A DNA stretch of 64,000 nucleotides from Octopus bimaculoides (GCF_001194135.2 NC_068993.1:60880934-60944933), one strand, 5' to 3'; shown: positions 25,431 through 37,599, numbered from the stretch's first letter. The notes: a model not told the origin generated them from the sequence alone. A program made the numbers and translations.

Positions 25431-26849
25431 CTTTATTATTATGGAAGGTCTACCCCTTACTAGGGTGAGACAACAAGTTCGATGTTTAAAGATATCGTCC
25501 GCTTGTTTTAAAAATCTAACGCTTAGACAAAATAAAACGGCTTCTTTCCACAAATATGCTTCTCAGGATGGTTAACGTTTTGAACGCGCATATGTCCGCT
25601 CAAAATTGTATTACTGTTGACTACAGAAAGTGGTTTTACCCATGGTTTTGAAAAAAAATCTCTTCTTACGCTACGAGAAGCGGAAATCTCCCAGTACCCC
25701 CTTGTATAGATTTTCGGAATGTTTTCAGAGATTTTCATCAAATCTCTCTTTACTGAGTAAAAATCGAATACTTTTAGTGGTGGATATGAAAACCGTATCT
25801 ACAGAAGATACTGAAAAAGTATTACAGAAGCACAAAATACCAATTCTATTGTTTTGGTTGATAATTAACATCATTATGGAAATGATCATGGAATCTAATT
25901 ATGCAGTCAAAGGGCTGAATAAACAAAACAAAAGAAGCAACAAACGAAATGAAAGAAATGTCAAAAGATATTGATGATGCACAAACAAGAAACAAAAAAT
26001 AAAAAGAAAGAACAAACGAATAGGACAACGTAACATGATTGCGAAAACAGCAACAACAACAACAACAACAACAACAACACCAACATGATACCTACTCGTA
26101 CCGAGTGGAATGTAATTAGGAATGATAAAGCGCTAACTTTTACAAACAACTCTTAATATAGAATATTTTGCTGAAATGGACGTAATGAAACCGCATTCTG
26201 TCCATCACAAGACAGGCTTCAACCTGTCCTCAAACTGTCAGAGTTGTAGGAGGAGGAGTATAACTTATCTGTGATTTGCTAAGAATACGATGGGAAAGGG
26301 GGAGAATACTGAGCTACGAGTAGTGAGGAAGAAATATTCCACGATATGTGCAATCTTGAAAAGAAGGCACCGAGCAAAAAGAGAATACAGCCAAAGTGTA
26401 GGAAACTAACCTGACCATTATCTGGTTCCTCGGTCTATGAGAAGGAGAAGCACTGCACAAAGGTTTACCGCCAGGAATATAGGTGGTGACATCAACGCCT
26501 GGCTAGAGTCACAGCCACTCGCAGCAGTAACTCGTCAAAGTGTAGTGAGAGCTGCCTTTGAAAGTGTCAGCCTTCTTTTAGAGCATATTATCAAACCAGT
26601 GACTGATAACGGATTATCGAAACCAATCACTCGTTAGCGCCTTTGCACCGTTCTCTACATCTTGCTGCTGACCTTTTCATTCCAAGCTTCATTTCATCTG
26701 TTTTATGCAGAAGCGTTTATTACGCATCTAAGTTCCGTTGGCATTGGTAACCAGGGTTGATGCGTTGTGGCTAAACAGACGTAGGCAGGCAGCTTTCTTT
26801 AGAAGGTGTGATGAGAAGAATTAATCTTCAGTGATATTTTGTAAGAGTA

Positions 26850-26994
26850 CAAAGAAGAGAGAGAGAGAAAGAGAGAGAGGGGGAAGAAAGAGAGAAAGAA
26901 AGAAAGAAAGAAAAAGAAGGAAAGAAAAAAAGAAGGAAAGAAAGAAAGAAAGAAAGAAAGAAAAAGAAGGAAAGAAAAAAGAAGGGAAGAAGGA

Positions 26995-27054
<60 letters not shown>

Positions 27055-27159
27055 GAGAAAGAAAGAAAGAAAAAGAAGGAAAGAAAAAAAGAAGGAAAGA
27101 AAAAAAGAAGGAAAGAAAGAAAGAAAGAAAGAAAGAAAAAGAAGGAAAGAAAAAAGAAG

Positions 27160-27191
<32 letters not shown>

Positions 27192-27270
27192 AGAAGGAAG
27201 GAAGGAAGAAAGAAAGAAAGGAAGGAAGAAGAAAGGAAGAAAGAAAAGAAAAAGAAGGAAAGAAGGAAAG
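26850..27270. repeat. (AAAG)/(GAAG) purine tract with higher-order variants
   Basis: Direct reading; source of the KE/R-rich pseudo-ORF 26831-27742. Confidence 0.95.
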
Positions 27271-27762
27271 AGTGTTATGGTATCGTGAGAGTGTTACCTC
27301 ATTTCAAAACCTTTGCAGCCATTTGTGTATTTTATTGAGTGACTATGAGGTTAGAANNNNNNNNNNNNNNNNNNNNNNNNNNNNNNNNNNNNNNNNNNNN
27401 NNNNNNNNNNNNNNNNNNNNNNNNNNNNNNNNNNNNNNNNNNNNNNNNNNNNNNNNNNNNNNNNNNNNNNNNNNNNNNNNNNNNNNNNNNNNNNNNNNNN
27501 NNNNNNNNNNNNNNNNNNNNNNNNNNNNNNNNNNNNNNNNNNNNNNNNNNNNNNNNNNNNNNNNNNNNNNNNNNNNNNNNNNNNNNNNNNNNNNNNNNNN
27601 NNNNNNNNNNNNNNNNNNNNNNNNNNNNNNNNNNNNNNNNNNNNNNNNNNNNNNNNNNNNNNNNNNNNNNNNNNNNNNNNNNNNNNNNNNNNNNNNNNNN
27701 NNNNNNNNATATATATATATATATATATATAAATGGAGTTAAACGCAGATGTTATTCAAATT

Positions 27763-27860
27763 CTTTTATTTTCGACATATGTTTCGAAGACAACATTGGT
27801 TTTATTCCAAAGGAATAAACGGTGTAAAATAATGTAATCTCCTCATCAGGAAAGCAAGAG
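27763..27860 (-). ncRNA. Type I hammerhead ribozyme, intact core, extended stem II
   Basis: Minus strand: CUCUUGCUUUC-CUGAUGA-GGAGAUUACAUU..AAUGUUGUCUUC-GAAA-C-AUAU-GUC^GAAAAUAAAAG; stem I, stem II (12 positions, one U-U mismatch) and palindromic stem III all pair. Confidence 0.8.
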
Positions 27861-27939
27861 AACCAATCTCAACAACAAGACGTTATAACAATTTTGATGA
27901 CTGCATAAATGATAAACAGAACGCTATTAAGTATTTTTT

Positions 27940-28150
27940 AAATAACCGTACACTTGTCTGCAACTCATACACTCCTCTCCATATACTTTCTGCAACTTTG
28001 CTAAAGCCTCTGAGCAGGTATCACCATGGCAACTTTCTCTGAGATGGTCAATGCGACGATCACACACTACACAACTTTCAAGCACTGCTGCAAACAGCGA
28101 AAGTGAGTTGGAACGTTAAAACTTAGTGCTTATGCACAGTAGAGTTATAA
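27940..28150 (-). mobile_element. Mariner 5' (HTH) fragment
   Basis: Minus translation GDTCSEALAKLQKVYGEECMSCRQVYGYLK resembles mariner HTH1 (KLQ.VYGEECMSR.QVY.W). Confidence 0.6.
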
Positions 28151-29192
28151 ACTCAACAAACACTGCGGATTTCCTGACGTAGATCCAACAAAAATTATAT
28201 CGTTACTGTGGATGACACCAGGTAGCCGAAAACAGAGAATGTGCTTTAATAGACAGACGAATAGACGTATACCAAAATTCAAATAGTTACACACACACAC
28301 ACACACATACATATATATATATATGCACACGCACATACGTGGTTACGCAAACATGATTGCAAGTGTATTACAAATGTATGTGTCACGTGGATAGCACTCA
28401 GAAATGATCGACTTGATGGATCTATTTTGTTTGTCCACGAATTCAATATTAAGAATTAGTTTTTCTCGATTCATCTGAGAAAATAATTTACAAGCTCTAC
28501 AGAACCGAGAAGTCAGCTCATAACACCATTTCTCCGATGATTTACTGGAGAAGAAAATACAAACCAACGGCTTGTATTATTTCTTATCACTTGCATTGTT
28601 TTGGCTTGCAAAAAAAATCAAAACAAATATCTATATTAGACGATGTTTCATGCAAACGTTCCTAAAATAATATCAATATTAAAATCAAGGATAAATATTA
28701 TACATTGATCCACTAGATCGATCATCTGTAAGCCTTTTAACAGTTACACTTGTAAAATGAATTGCATATGTGTATGTCACTAACTAGCTTAACTTCAAAG
28801 TAAGAAATATGGCGCACCGTACAATGTACGAACAATGATCACACAAAGATCTCCCATGAACGAACATAATAGAAGAGCTATAAGCGTAGGTGAAATATTC
28901 AGTGAGTATCCATATTTGATACAAGCTATAGTTGAACACAATGAGTCATTCAACAGAATCAATGAGGCTAGCTTTCATCACATCTTGCATCCTTATGATA
29001 CGATATTATGAAAGTTTACTGAATCAGTTTACATACGCGAGTGTTGACCGAGTTTCAACTGGTAGAACGGATGACGTATCATTAATGAACCATGCTTATG
29101 TTCATCTACACAAGAATTACATAAGCTTTATGTACATATACATATTCGTATGCATATGTCTGTATGCATATAAATAAGTACACACAGACATG

Positions 29193-29267
<75 letters not shown>

Positions 29268-29530
29268 ATGTGAGGGAGGTTGTTTATGCAGATATTTTAA
29301 GCATACTTAGATATATTTGTAATTCAAACAACAAACGCGAGACCCCTAAGAAAAATATTCTATTTTAATAACTTTTCTTTATTTTAAAAAAAATACCACG
29401 ACTTAAAATTACATTATAGAATATCGAAGAAAATAACGAGGAAATAAATTTCTAATGACTAAGGAAACTAGTCTAATAAAGGGGCACAAAAGCCCTTCGA
29501 TAGGAAAAAAGAAGGTTTATCTAAACTCTC

Positions 29531-29773
29531 TATATGCTTTCGGTGCGAATGGTTTTTCATACGGCGCCATTTTTGCAATCCGGTTAATAATAATAATGGT
29601 TTTAATTCTACAATACACAAAATATTTAAACAGTTTTTTAGACTATTTTCCTTCCTCGTTGCACGGTGATCGCTATGAGCCTTAGGCTTATATAAAAATA
29701 CAATTATTATTATTATTTACAGGATTGTAAAAACGGCGCCGTAATAAAAAAAACCATTCGCACCGAAAATATA
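29531..29773. mobile_element. MITE-like fold-back element (about 75-bp imperfect TIRs, about 90-bp spacer)
   Basis: tttcggtgcgaatggttttt..acggcgcc.ttttt.caatcc at 29538-29581 is inverted at about 29721-29768; tata at both outer ends. Confidence 0.7.
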
Positions 29774-31085
29774 CACGCCAAATGGCTATGGGGTGCCAGA
29801 AGAATAAAATGGGGACCAAAGCGGGATCCATAGGCAAAAAATGGTTGAGAAGCACTGTACTGCACAAACAGAAATATAGAATCACATTCTGTCTAGGACC
29901 ACTCGACTCATTGCTATGCAATTACTTACGCACAGGTCCTTGTCTCTGGTCCAAAGTTCTGCTTTCTCTTCATTTGTCTTTTTTTTATTGATCTCTCATT
30001 GGATTGTGTTCCTCGAAACTGATCAGTCTCGTGCTATCTCCAGTCAGGTAACCCCGACCCATTCACACTTCCAGCTCACGCCAATCTTACCGCATCTCTC
30101 CCGCACCCCTTTGGTTCTTTATTTAACACCATTTCCAGTCTTACTGAACAATGACGTCGGCTCTGCATCCTGCTTATGTCTTTCTGTATGCAATAGTTTG
30201 AACGGAACACGAGTCTGCAAAAGTTACAGTCAGTACTGTTTCATTTAGCTTAAACAAATAAAGAAAAATGTACATACAGTCACAAGCACACACAAGCACA
30301 CATACATACACACACACACACAAGCACATGCACACACACACACACACACATACAAACACAGACACACGTAAATTCGTACACCTATTCAACTAGTGATCCA
30401 TCCATCAAACAAGCAATATATATCTGCATACGTACATACATGCACACATAGATACAGGCATATATGTGTGTGTGTACGTGTGCGTGTGTGTGTGTGTGTG
30501 TATACTTACATATACATATATGTGTGCAGATCTGTACATGAATACATGCATATATATATATATATATATATACACACATGCATATATGTGTATGTATGTA
30601 TAGGCGTAACGATATATACCTCCGTGTATGTGAATACGTACACACGCACACGCACACACATACGTACACACACATACACATATCTGTATGCATGTATGCG
30701 TGTGTGTGTGTGTGCGCGACGCGTGCGCATGCGTGCGTGTGTCAGGGTAGCATAACTGAGCTATAAATCCTGTCCGGTGTTAGTCCCAATAATGTGATCT
30801 CAGCGATGAGATAAGGTAGAACCAACGGATGTCACAGCGAGAAATTTATGGACAAGAATATGATGGAAGAGGAGGAGGGATAGAAGGAGGAAGAGAATAT
30901 ATTGCATCAGTTCAGTCTACAGCATTCTAAATGATACTGCTTGTTGCTATACATATCGCTTCATGTTAGCCGTGTCATATTAGTTGCCATGACAATTCTG
31001 TTGACGTCATTAGCATAGAAACACTGAAATAGTAGATAATATTCTGCTTTCATGTGTCAGCTTTTCTCTCGTTATGTTTCGTAGA

Positions 31086-31150
31086 TGCGGCTGGGTGCGG
31101 CTGTGCGCGGCTGGGTGCGGCTGGGTGCGGCTGGGTGCGGCTAGGTGCGG
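31086..31150. repeat. GC-rich 10-bp minisatellite (TGCGGCTGGG) x about 6.5
   Basis: Direct reading. Confidence 0.9.
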
Positions 31151-31569
31151 TGATTTAGCTGTTGCAGAGGCATGAGTGGACGTGATGTGACTGCCTTGAC
31201 AGGTCGGCGGTGTGTTGTTGTATGTCGTATTTATTGTGTTGTGTTTCTTTGTGTTACGTAATATGTTTTGACTACGATCTGCTTTTAGTTATCTTGTAAC
31301 GGATGCCGGATGTAATGTTGTGTTCTGTTGTTANNNNNNNNNNNNNNNNNNNNNNNNNNNNNNNNNNNNNNNNNNNNNNNNNNNNNNNNNNNNNNNNNNN
31401 NNNNNNNNNNNNNNNNNNNNNNNNNNNNNNNNNNNNNNNNNNNNNNNNNNNNNNNNNNNNNNNNNNNNNNNNNNNNNNNNNNNNNNNNNNNNNNNNNNNN
31501 NNNNNNNNNNNNNNNNNNNNNNNNNNNNNNNNNNNNNNNNNNNNNNNNNNNNNNNNCTAGCTAGCTAGC

Positions 31570-31610
<41 letters not shown>

Positions 31611-32279
31611 CAATGTGACATTGTTTTCGTCATCTACATTGCAAAGATGAAGCTTTGTATCTTTGGTTAGAAGTCAGCTCCTTCCTCAGAGGAAGAATTC
31701 AAATGATTAAATACAGAAGAGACATACATACATCTACCGTGAATCCTCGTAAAATCGTACTAATAATAAGAAAGATGTCCGTTTTAGCTGATTGTCCGAG
31801 TTAACCGATAATAGGTGTTAATATTGCAATCGTATACCATGTTGAACAGAGGAAATAGTTAGAAAATGAAAGAAAATATTAGAAATCCCATACGGCTAAA
31901 TAAACCTTAGCTAGATATTGTAGATTTGACATTGTAATTGTTGATGTCACTGTGAGTTGTTTCATAAAATTATTTAACAATATGTTAAAGCGTGAAACAT
32001 TGAAACTGCAAATTGCTAATTTCGTTTGCCCTTGGCAAATCTTTCGTAGCATCAGCTACGCTTTTTCTCTGATGTATCCTAATAAACTCGATTATCTCGA
32101 ACCCTTAAAAGTAGTATTCTGCCTTCACATAGAACAGAACTTTCTCCAAGCATTGGTTAGATTGATAGACGCCTGTGCCTTCCAAGAAACTCAACTGAAT
32201 ATTGAAAACTTGAGAGTCGTTTTTGATGTTACTGAGAATCGTTTGTTCACGTTTCTTTCTTAAGGTCGTTGGGTATAAT

Positions 32280-33020
32280 CTCGAGTAAATTACAAAATAT
32301 ATTTTGGTACATTGACTGCATCGTGACTGATTGACACTGATTGACAACATATACTTAATTTTTTACCATCATTGCTGACGAGTTACCTGTGAAAATGAAT
32401 ATGCTGCCCCAAAATTCGTTGTCCCGTCGCCACGTCAACAGAAAGTTTGAAGAAAGCTTTTTGGAATCGACGTAACAGAAGAATGAAAAATTATTTACCA
32501 AAGATATGCATCAATGATTACGATTTCTCAGAATGGTAAAAGCACAATACCAGCTGGTGTATCATGGAGCTGATGAGCTCCATACTACTAAGAATTTTAA
32601 AGGAAGCATATTGTCTGCGTCCGCACAATACAACCTTGAAAAAAACCGTTCCTTACTTGGTTGGCTACCATTCTTAAATGCTTGTGTATTACGAAGCAGT
32701 GACCACATGTACAACCCACATTCAGCCTCGTTATACATTTGAGAAATTAGGATCCATTCACACTTAATTAAATCATTTAACCTCTTCCTGAAAAGTTCCA
32801 TTTCTTCGGTTGGTGTAGCATTCCATGTTTCACAATGAGTAATTTTATTACCGATTCTATGACAATTTCTAAATTGCCATAACCCTTCGTCACTAACTTC
32901 GAAATTCTTGATGTTATATGCCAGCTCGTTTGGGAGTAACCTTTAGAATTCCTACAAAACGAAGGCTGCTACTTGAGAATTGTTGAACAATAAACTTCTT
33001 CATCGTTGCTTCCTCAAGGT
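32280..33020 (-). mobile_element. pogo/Tigger (CENP-B-like DDE_1) transposase remnant
   Basis: NFEVSDEGLWQFRNCHRIGNKITHCE...FRKRLNDLIK...QMYNEAECGLYMWSLLRNTQAF...SKERFFSRLYCADAD matches the F.AS.GWL.RF..RH / YNADETGL.W / KER...L.CANA pattern; stops and frameshifts. Confidence 0.8.
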
Positions 33021-33032
33021 TTGTATTTTTTA

Positions 33033-33071
<39 letters not shown>

Positions 33072-33554
33072 NNNNNNNNNNNNNNNNNNNNNNNNNNNNN
33101 NNNNNNNNNNNNNNNNNNNNNNNNNNNNNNNNNNNNNNNNNNNNNNNNNNNNNNNNNNNNNNNNNNNNNNNNNNNNNNNNNNNNNNNNNNNNNNNNNNNN
33201 NNNNNNNNNNNNNNNNNNNNNNNNNNNNNNNNNNNNNNNNNNNNNNNNNNNNNNNNNNNNNNNNNNNNNNNNNNNNNNNNNNNNNNNNNNNNNNNNNNNN
33301 NNNNNNNNNNNNNNNNNNNNNNNNNNNNNNNNNNNNNNNNNNNNNNNNNNNNNNNNNNNNNNNNNNNNNNNNNNNNNNNNNNNNNNNNNNNNNNNNNNNN
33401 NNNNNNNNNNNNNNNNNNNNNNNNNNNNNNNNNNNNNNNNNNNNNNNNNNNNNNNNNNNNNNNNNNNNNNNNNNNNNNNNNNNNNNNNNNNNNNNNNNNN
33501 NNNNNNNNNNNNNNCTACATTTGACGGATATTCGTCCTCATCTTGTTTGTTGTT

Positions 33555-33602
33555 AACACAACGTTTCGGCTGATATACCCTCCAGCCTTCGTCAGGTGTC
33601 TT
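33555..33602 (-). ncRNA. Minimal type I hammerhead ribozyme (Penelope-like, dimer type) in a short repeat 33535-33640
   Basis: Minus strand: GACAC-CUGACGA-A-GGCUG-GAGGGUAUAU-CAGCC-GAAA-CGUU^GUGUU; stem I 5 bp, stem II 5 bp, loopless palindromic stem III. Confidence 0.75.
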
Positions 33603-33644
33603 GGGGAAATTTCGAACCTGGGTTCTCATTCCTATCGATGTTAC

Positions 33645-33700
<56 letters not shown>

Positions 33701-33723
33701 GTTAGATGGTTTGAAAGACGAGC

Positions 33724-33744
<21 letters not shown>

Positions 33745-33760
<16 letters not shown>

Positions 33761-33940
33761 GCGTGTGTGAGTCCTTGTGCCTAAGTTTATCGCTCACGGC
33801 AACTTGACAACCGGTGTTGGTGTGTTTATGTTTTATTTTTACAAAAATAAGTACTGAGTTCGATTGAGTGAATTAAAAATTCTTCAAGGTGGCGCTCCCA
33901 CCATGGCCACAGTCTAATGACTGAAACATGTAAAAGACAG
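33745..33940 (+). mobile_element. SINE family B 3' part
   Basis: cttgacaaccggtgttggtgtgtttatg...aaggtggcgctcccaccatggccacagtctaatgactgaaac. Confidence 0.75.
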
Positions 33941-35564
33941 CAAAAATACATTCGACAAATGTAGTCTAAGACATATACAAATATGGGAAGGTCATGGCTG
34001 GAATGCCTACGACTGTGGTTCTGCTTGTTCAGAGCTGACCTTGGGCTAAACACCAAGAACAACATACTGACTATGCAAAACTTTCAACAACATCTCAGAA
34101 TGAATACGAAAAGAGATTATAAAAGACAATGGTTAGAATCTCCATTGTAGCACAACAGACAAGAGCATGCATGGTTGAATCGAGTATCGTAATCCTATTA
34201 GAAGCAACAGAATAGCTATGTATGTATGTACGAACGTATGAACGTAGGAATCTATGTATGTGTGTATATATATATATAGTGAGTTCTTACATATATATGC
34301 ATGTACACATATATATGTCTATCGCGTTGTTTTTTCTTGCTTGTTCTTGTTTGGATTGACTACGTGTATATATATATATATATNNNNNNNNNNNNNNNNN
34401 NNNNNNNNNNNNNNNNNNNNNNNNNNNNNNNNNNNNNNNNNNNNNNNNNNNNNNNNNNNNNNNNNNNNNNNNNNNNNNNNNNNNNNNNNNNNNNNNNNNN
34501 NNNNNNNNNNNNNNNNNNNNNNNNNNNNNNNNNNNNNNNNNNNNNNNNNNNNNNNNNNNNNNNNNNNNNNNNNNNNNNNNNNNNNNNNNNNNNNNNNNNN
34601 NNNNNNNNNNNNNNNNNNNNNNNNNNNNNNNNNNNNNNNNNNNNNNNNNNNNNNNNNNNNNNNNNNNNNNNNNNNNNNNNNNNNNNNNNNNNNNNNNNNN
34701 NNNNNNNNNNNNNNNNNNNNNNNNNNNNNNNNNNNNNNNNNNNNNNNNNNNNNNNNNNNNNNNNNNNNNNNNNNNNNNNNNNNNNNNNNNNNNNNNNNNN
34801 NNNNNNNNNNNNNNNNNNNNNNNNNNNNNNNNNNNNNNNNNNNNNNNNNNNNNNNNNNNNNNNNNNNNNNNNNNNNNNNNNNNNNNNNNNNNNNNNNNNN
34901 NNNNNNNNNNNNNNNNNNNNNNNNNNNNNNNNNNNNNNNNNNNNNNNNNNNNNNNNNNNNNNNNNNNNNNNNNNNNNNNNNNNNNNNNNNNNNNNNNNNN
35001 NNNNNNNNNNNNNNNNNNNNNNNNNNNNNNNNNNNTATTAAAAGGAAGTCACTAAAATATTTATTTTCACAATACATGCATTGTTTATTTTATTCTATGA
35101 TTATGAAATATGGCCATTAATATTCAAAACAGTCGAAGTGGTTTCACCATATGCGTGTTTGCCATTTTTCTTCTTTTATATACACCCATGCCCCACCCCC
35201 ACCGCACCCACTTATCGCGTTACAGTAGCGTCATGTTTCAGGAAATAGCTTGCCATAACATCAAATTCCGTAACGTGCTATTCGTTGACTTCCGTATTTT
35301 TCTGGCTTCCATGTATCATCGAAATCAATGGGAAAATTCCAAAAGACCCTCTTGCTAACGAATATTACGATACAAGGAGAGCCTTAAATCAGATTTGAAA
35401 AAGAAAAGGTAATATTGAAACAGAAAGTTGTGAAGATGAAGTAATATTATACACAAGGAGTCGAAACATGGTGAAAGGAAGCGTTTTAATGAGGCAAAAC
35501 TGGAACATGTGGCAAGGAAAAGTAACCGTATGGACCTGTTATCTTTTATCTATTTCATTATTGC

Positions 35565-35772
35565 CCACAGGGGGCTAAACATAGAGGGGGGAAACAAGGA
35601 CAGATAAAGGGATTAAGTCGATCACATCGACCCCAGCGCGTAACTGGTACTTATTTAATCAACCCCGAAAGGATGAAAGGCAAAGTCGACCTCAGCGGAA
35701 TTTGAACTCAGAACGTAGCGGCAGACGAAATACCTCTAAGCATTTCGCCGGCGTGCTAACGTTTCTGCCAGA
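35565..35772 (-). mobile_element. SINE family A (alternative-tail subfamily)
   Basis: gggggctaaacatagaggggg..ggattaagtcgatcacatcgacccc...ggaatttgaactcagaacg. Confidence 0.9.
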
Positions 35773-35784
35773 TCTGTTATCTTT

Positions 35785-35990
35785 TATCTTTTACTTGCTA
35801 CAGTCATTGGACTGCGGCCGTGCTGGGGCATTATCTCGAAGTGTTTTAGCCGCACAAATCTACTCCAATGTTTGTTTATAAGTTTGGTACTTATTCTATC
35901 AAACTCTTTTTGTTGAACCGATAAGTTGCAGGGACATAATGAAGCCAACACCGGTTGTCAAGTGGTGGTGGGAGGACTGACACAACCAGT
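35785..35990 (-). mobile_element. SINE family B 3' part
   Basis: cagtcattggactgcggccgtgctgggg...acaccggttgtcaagtggtggtggg. Confidence 0.7.
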
Positions 35991-36228
35991 AATACACATC
36001 CATACACGCACACGCACATGCATGCATACAAAAAATACACATATTTGATTTTTTAGTCGTTTTAGCATACACATAGAATTCAATAGCAAAGATGAAAAAC
36101 AGTTTCCTGGGTGAAATCAATAAATAAGAACAACGAAACACTAAAAGGAAAAAAAAAAAGTGGTACAAGTGATTTTGTTGGATTTGTAGTTTTTATTCAA
36201 AAATGGATCAAAATTTAGCTGCTTTACC

Positions 36229-36325
36229 TTCTTCTTCTTCTTCTTCTTCTTCTTCTTCTTCTTCTTCTTCTTCTTCTTCTTCTTCTTCTTCTTCTTCTTC
36301 TTCTTCTTCTTCTTCTTCTTCTTCC
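36229..36325. repeat. (CTT)n microsatellite
   Basis: Direct reading. Confidence 0.95.
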
Positions 36326-36479
36326 TTCTAAACAATTAATCACAACCATTACTGATATGTTGGATTACATTCTTCGTTTAGAATTTAGGCAGTCAGTTGT
36401 TTTACAGAAGTCGTGCTAAAGCTTGTGTTATTTCACTAAAGCTTGTGTTATTTCACTAAAGCTTTTAGATAAGATCACT

Positions 36480-37150
36480 TTTTGTCTATTTGAATTAGAG
36501 ATTAGTCTTTGTTCACTTTATAAAGGTTATCTTCTTGTTTGCATGACTGTATATCCTGAATATCGCACACGTCATCTTCTTCATATCCCACTTTCCGTAC
36601 CATTCACACAAGGTTGAGACCATTTCATCGTCTGCCCTGTTGTTTTACTTTCTTACATTTAAACAATCTTTTTAGTGCGAACTCTAGGTATCTTTTGTGA
36701 TTTCATTGCTTGCATAATGATTTTTTTTTCTCCAGAAACGTATGACAGACTGTAATCAATTGACTTATACTTCTTCGGAGGTTATACGCAGTAAAAGCTG
36801 AAATGACTCTCTGAACCATTGGTTGTAATGATGCAGTTGTGTTTGGTAAAATGAAAATGACTGCAGCATGTATGTATGTTTGAAGTGAATTAAGATTTGA
36901 ACGATAACCATGAGCGTTGACAGAAAGCAGATATCCTGTGGCTCGTAACTTTTGATTGCAGAGCATAAATGTTCAACGAACCAATATTCGGTAAACAAAA
37001 ACAAATTCGATGTAAGTAAATCTTTCGCGTTAGATTTCCTTATAACAGGTTAACTAGATTTGGAGAAGCCATTCCTTGCTCTTGGGATACAGACACAACG
37101 AATATCTATTGGCTTAATTTTCGAATAAAAGGAAGGACCTTTCGTGGTTT
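36480..37150 (-). mobile_element. Second pogo/Tigger transposase remnant (DDE_1 C-terminal part)
   Basis: KSNAKDLLTSNLF..EYWFVEHLC; VIFILPNTTASLQPMVQRVISAFTAYNLRRSISQLI matches FLPPNTTS.LQPMDQGVI..FKA.Y.RR; RKVGYEEDD acidic C-terminal part. Confidence 0.8.
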
Positions 37151-37599
37151 TAAGTGCAAGTTCCTTTTTCTCTCCTCCTAAGTAAAAAAATTTACATATA
37201 AACGTTTCGAAAAGAGTTCATATTTTTGTTCATTAACAATGAATTTGGTAGATATTTACAGCTTTCTATAATGAGCGTTGATTGTGCTTAAAATTCGGAT
37301 GTAGCTGGATATCAGCACTTGTTGATTCTCCTGTTATTCAAGTGTTATGGAGATCAGATCGTTTCTTAAAATTTTCAAAAGATCCAAGAAACAACAAGCA
37401 TTTGAGTGATTCTCTCAGCTTCTTATTTCAACGGATTAAATACCGTATTTCCGGAATACAAATCGACGTGGTATATAGTATAAATATGTAGTGTAAACAT
37501 CGTCAGTAGCATTCCAAATCCTGCTGCATTTCACATGGAATATTTTATCCGCCAATAATCTAATCGACTTTAGCCTCTCACCCGAATTTGCAAGTTCGG

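Noticed and set aside
26598-26634. gtga-ctgataacggattatc-gaaac..tcac hairpin resembling a hammerhead
   Set aside because: Core and stem II overlap; CUGANGA not satisfied
26831-27742. 303-aa KER-rich ORF
   Set aside because: Translation of the (AAAG)n tract plus an assembly gap
28018-28035. RFX-like CCATGGCAAC site
   Set aside because: Falls inside the mariner HTH coding remnant
32565-32620. CUGAUGA within ggagctgatgagctcc
   Set aside because: Lies inside the Tigger coding remnant; no GAAA or stem III
36415-36465. 20-bp tandem duplication (similar small ones near 16070 and 53690)
   Set aside because: Ordinary slippage duplications with no further structure
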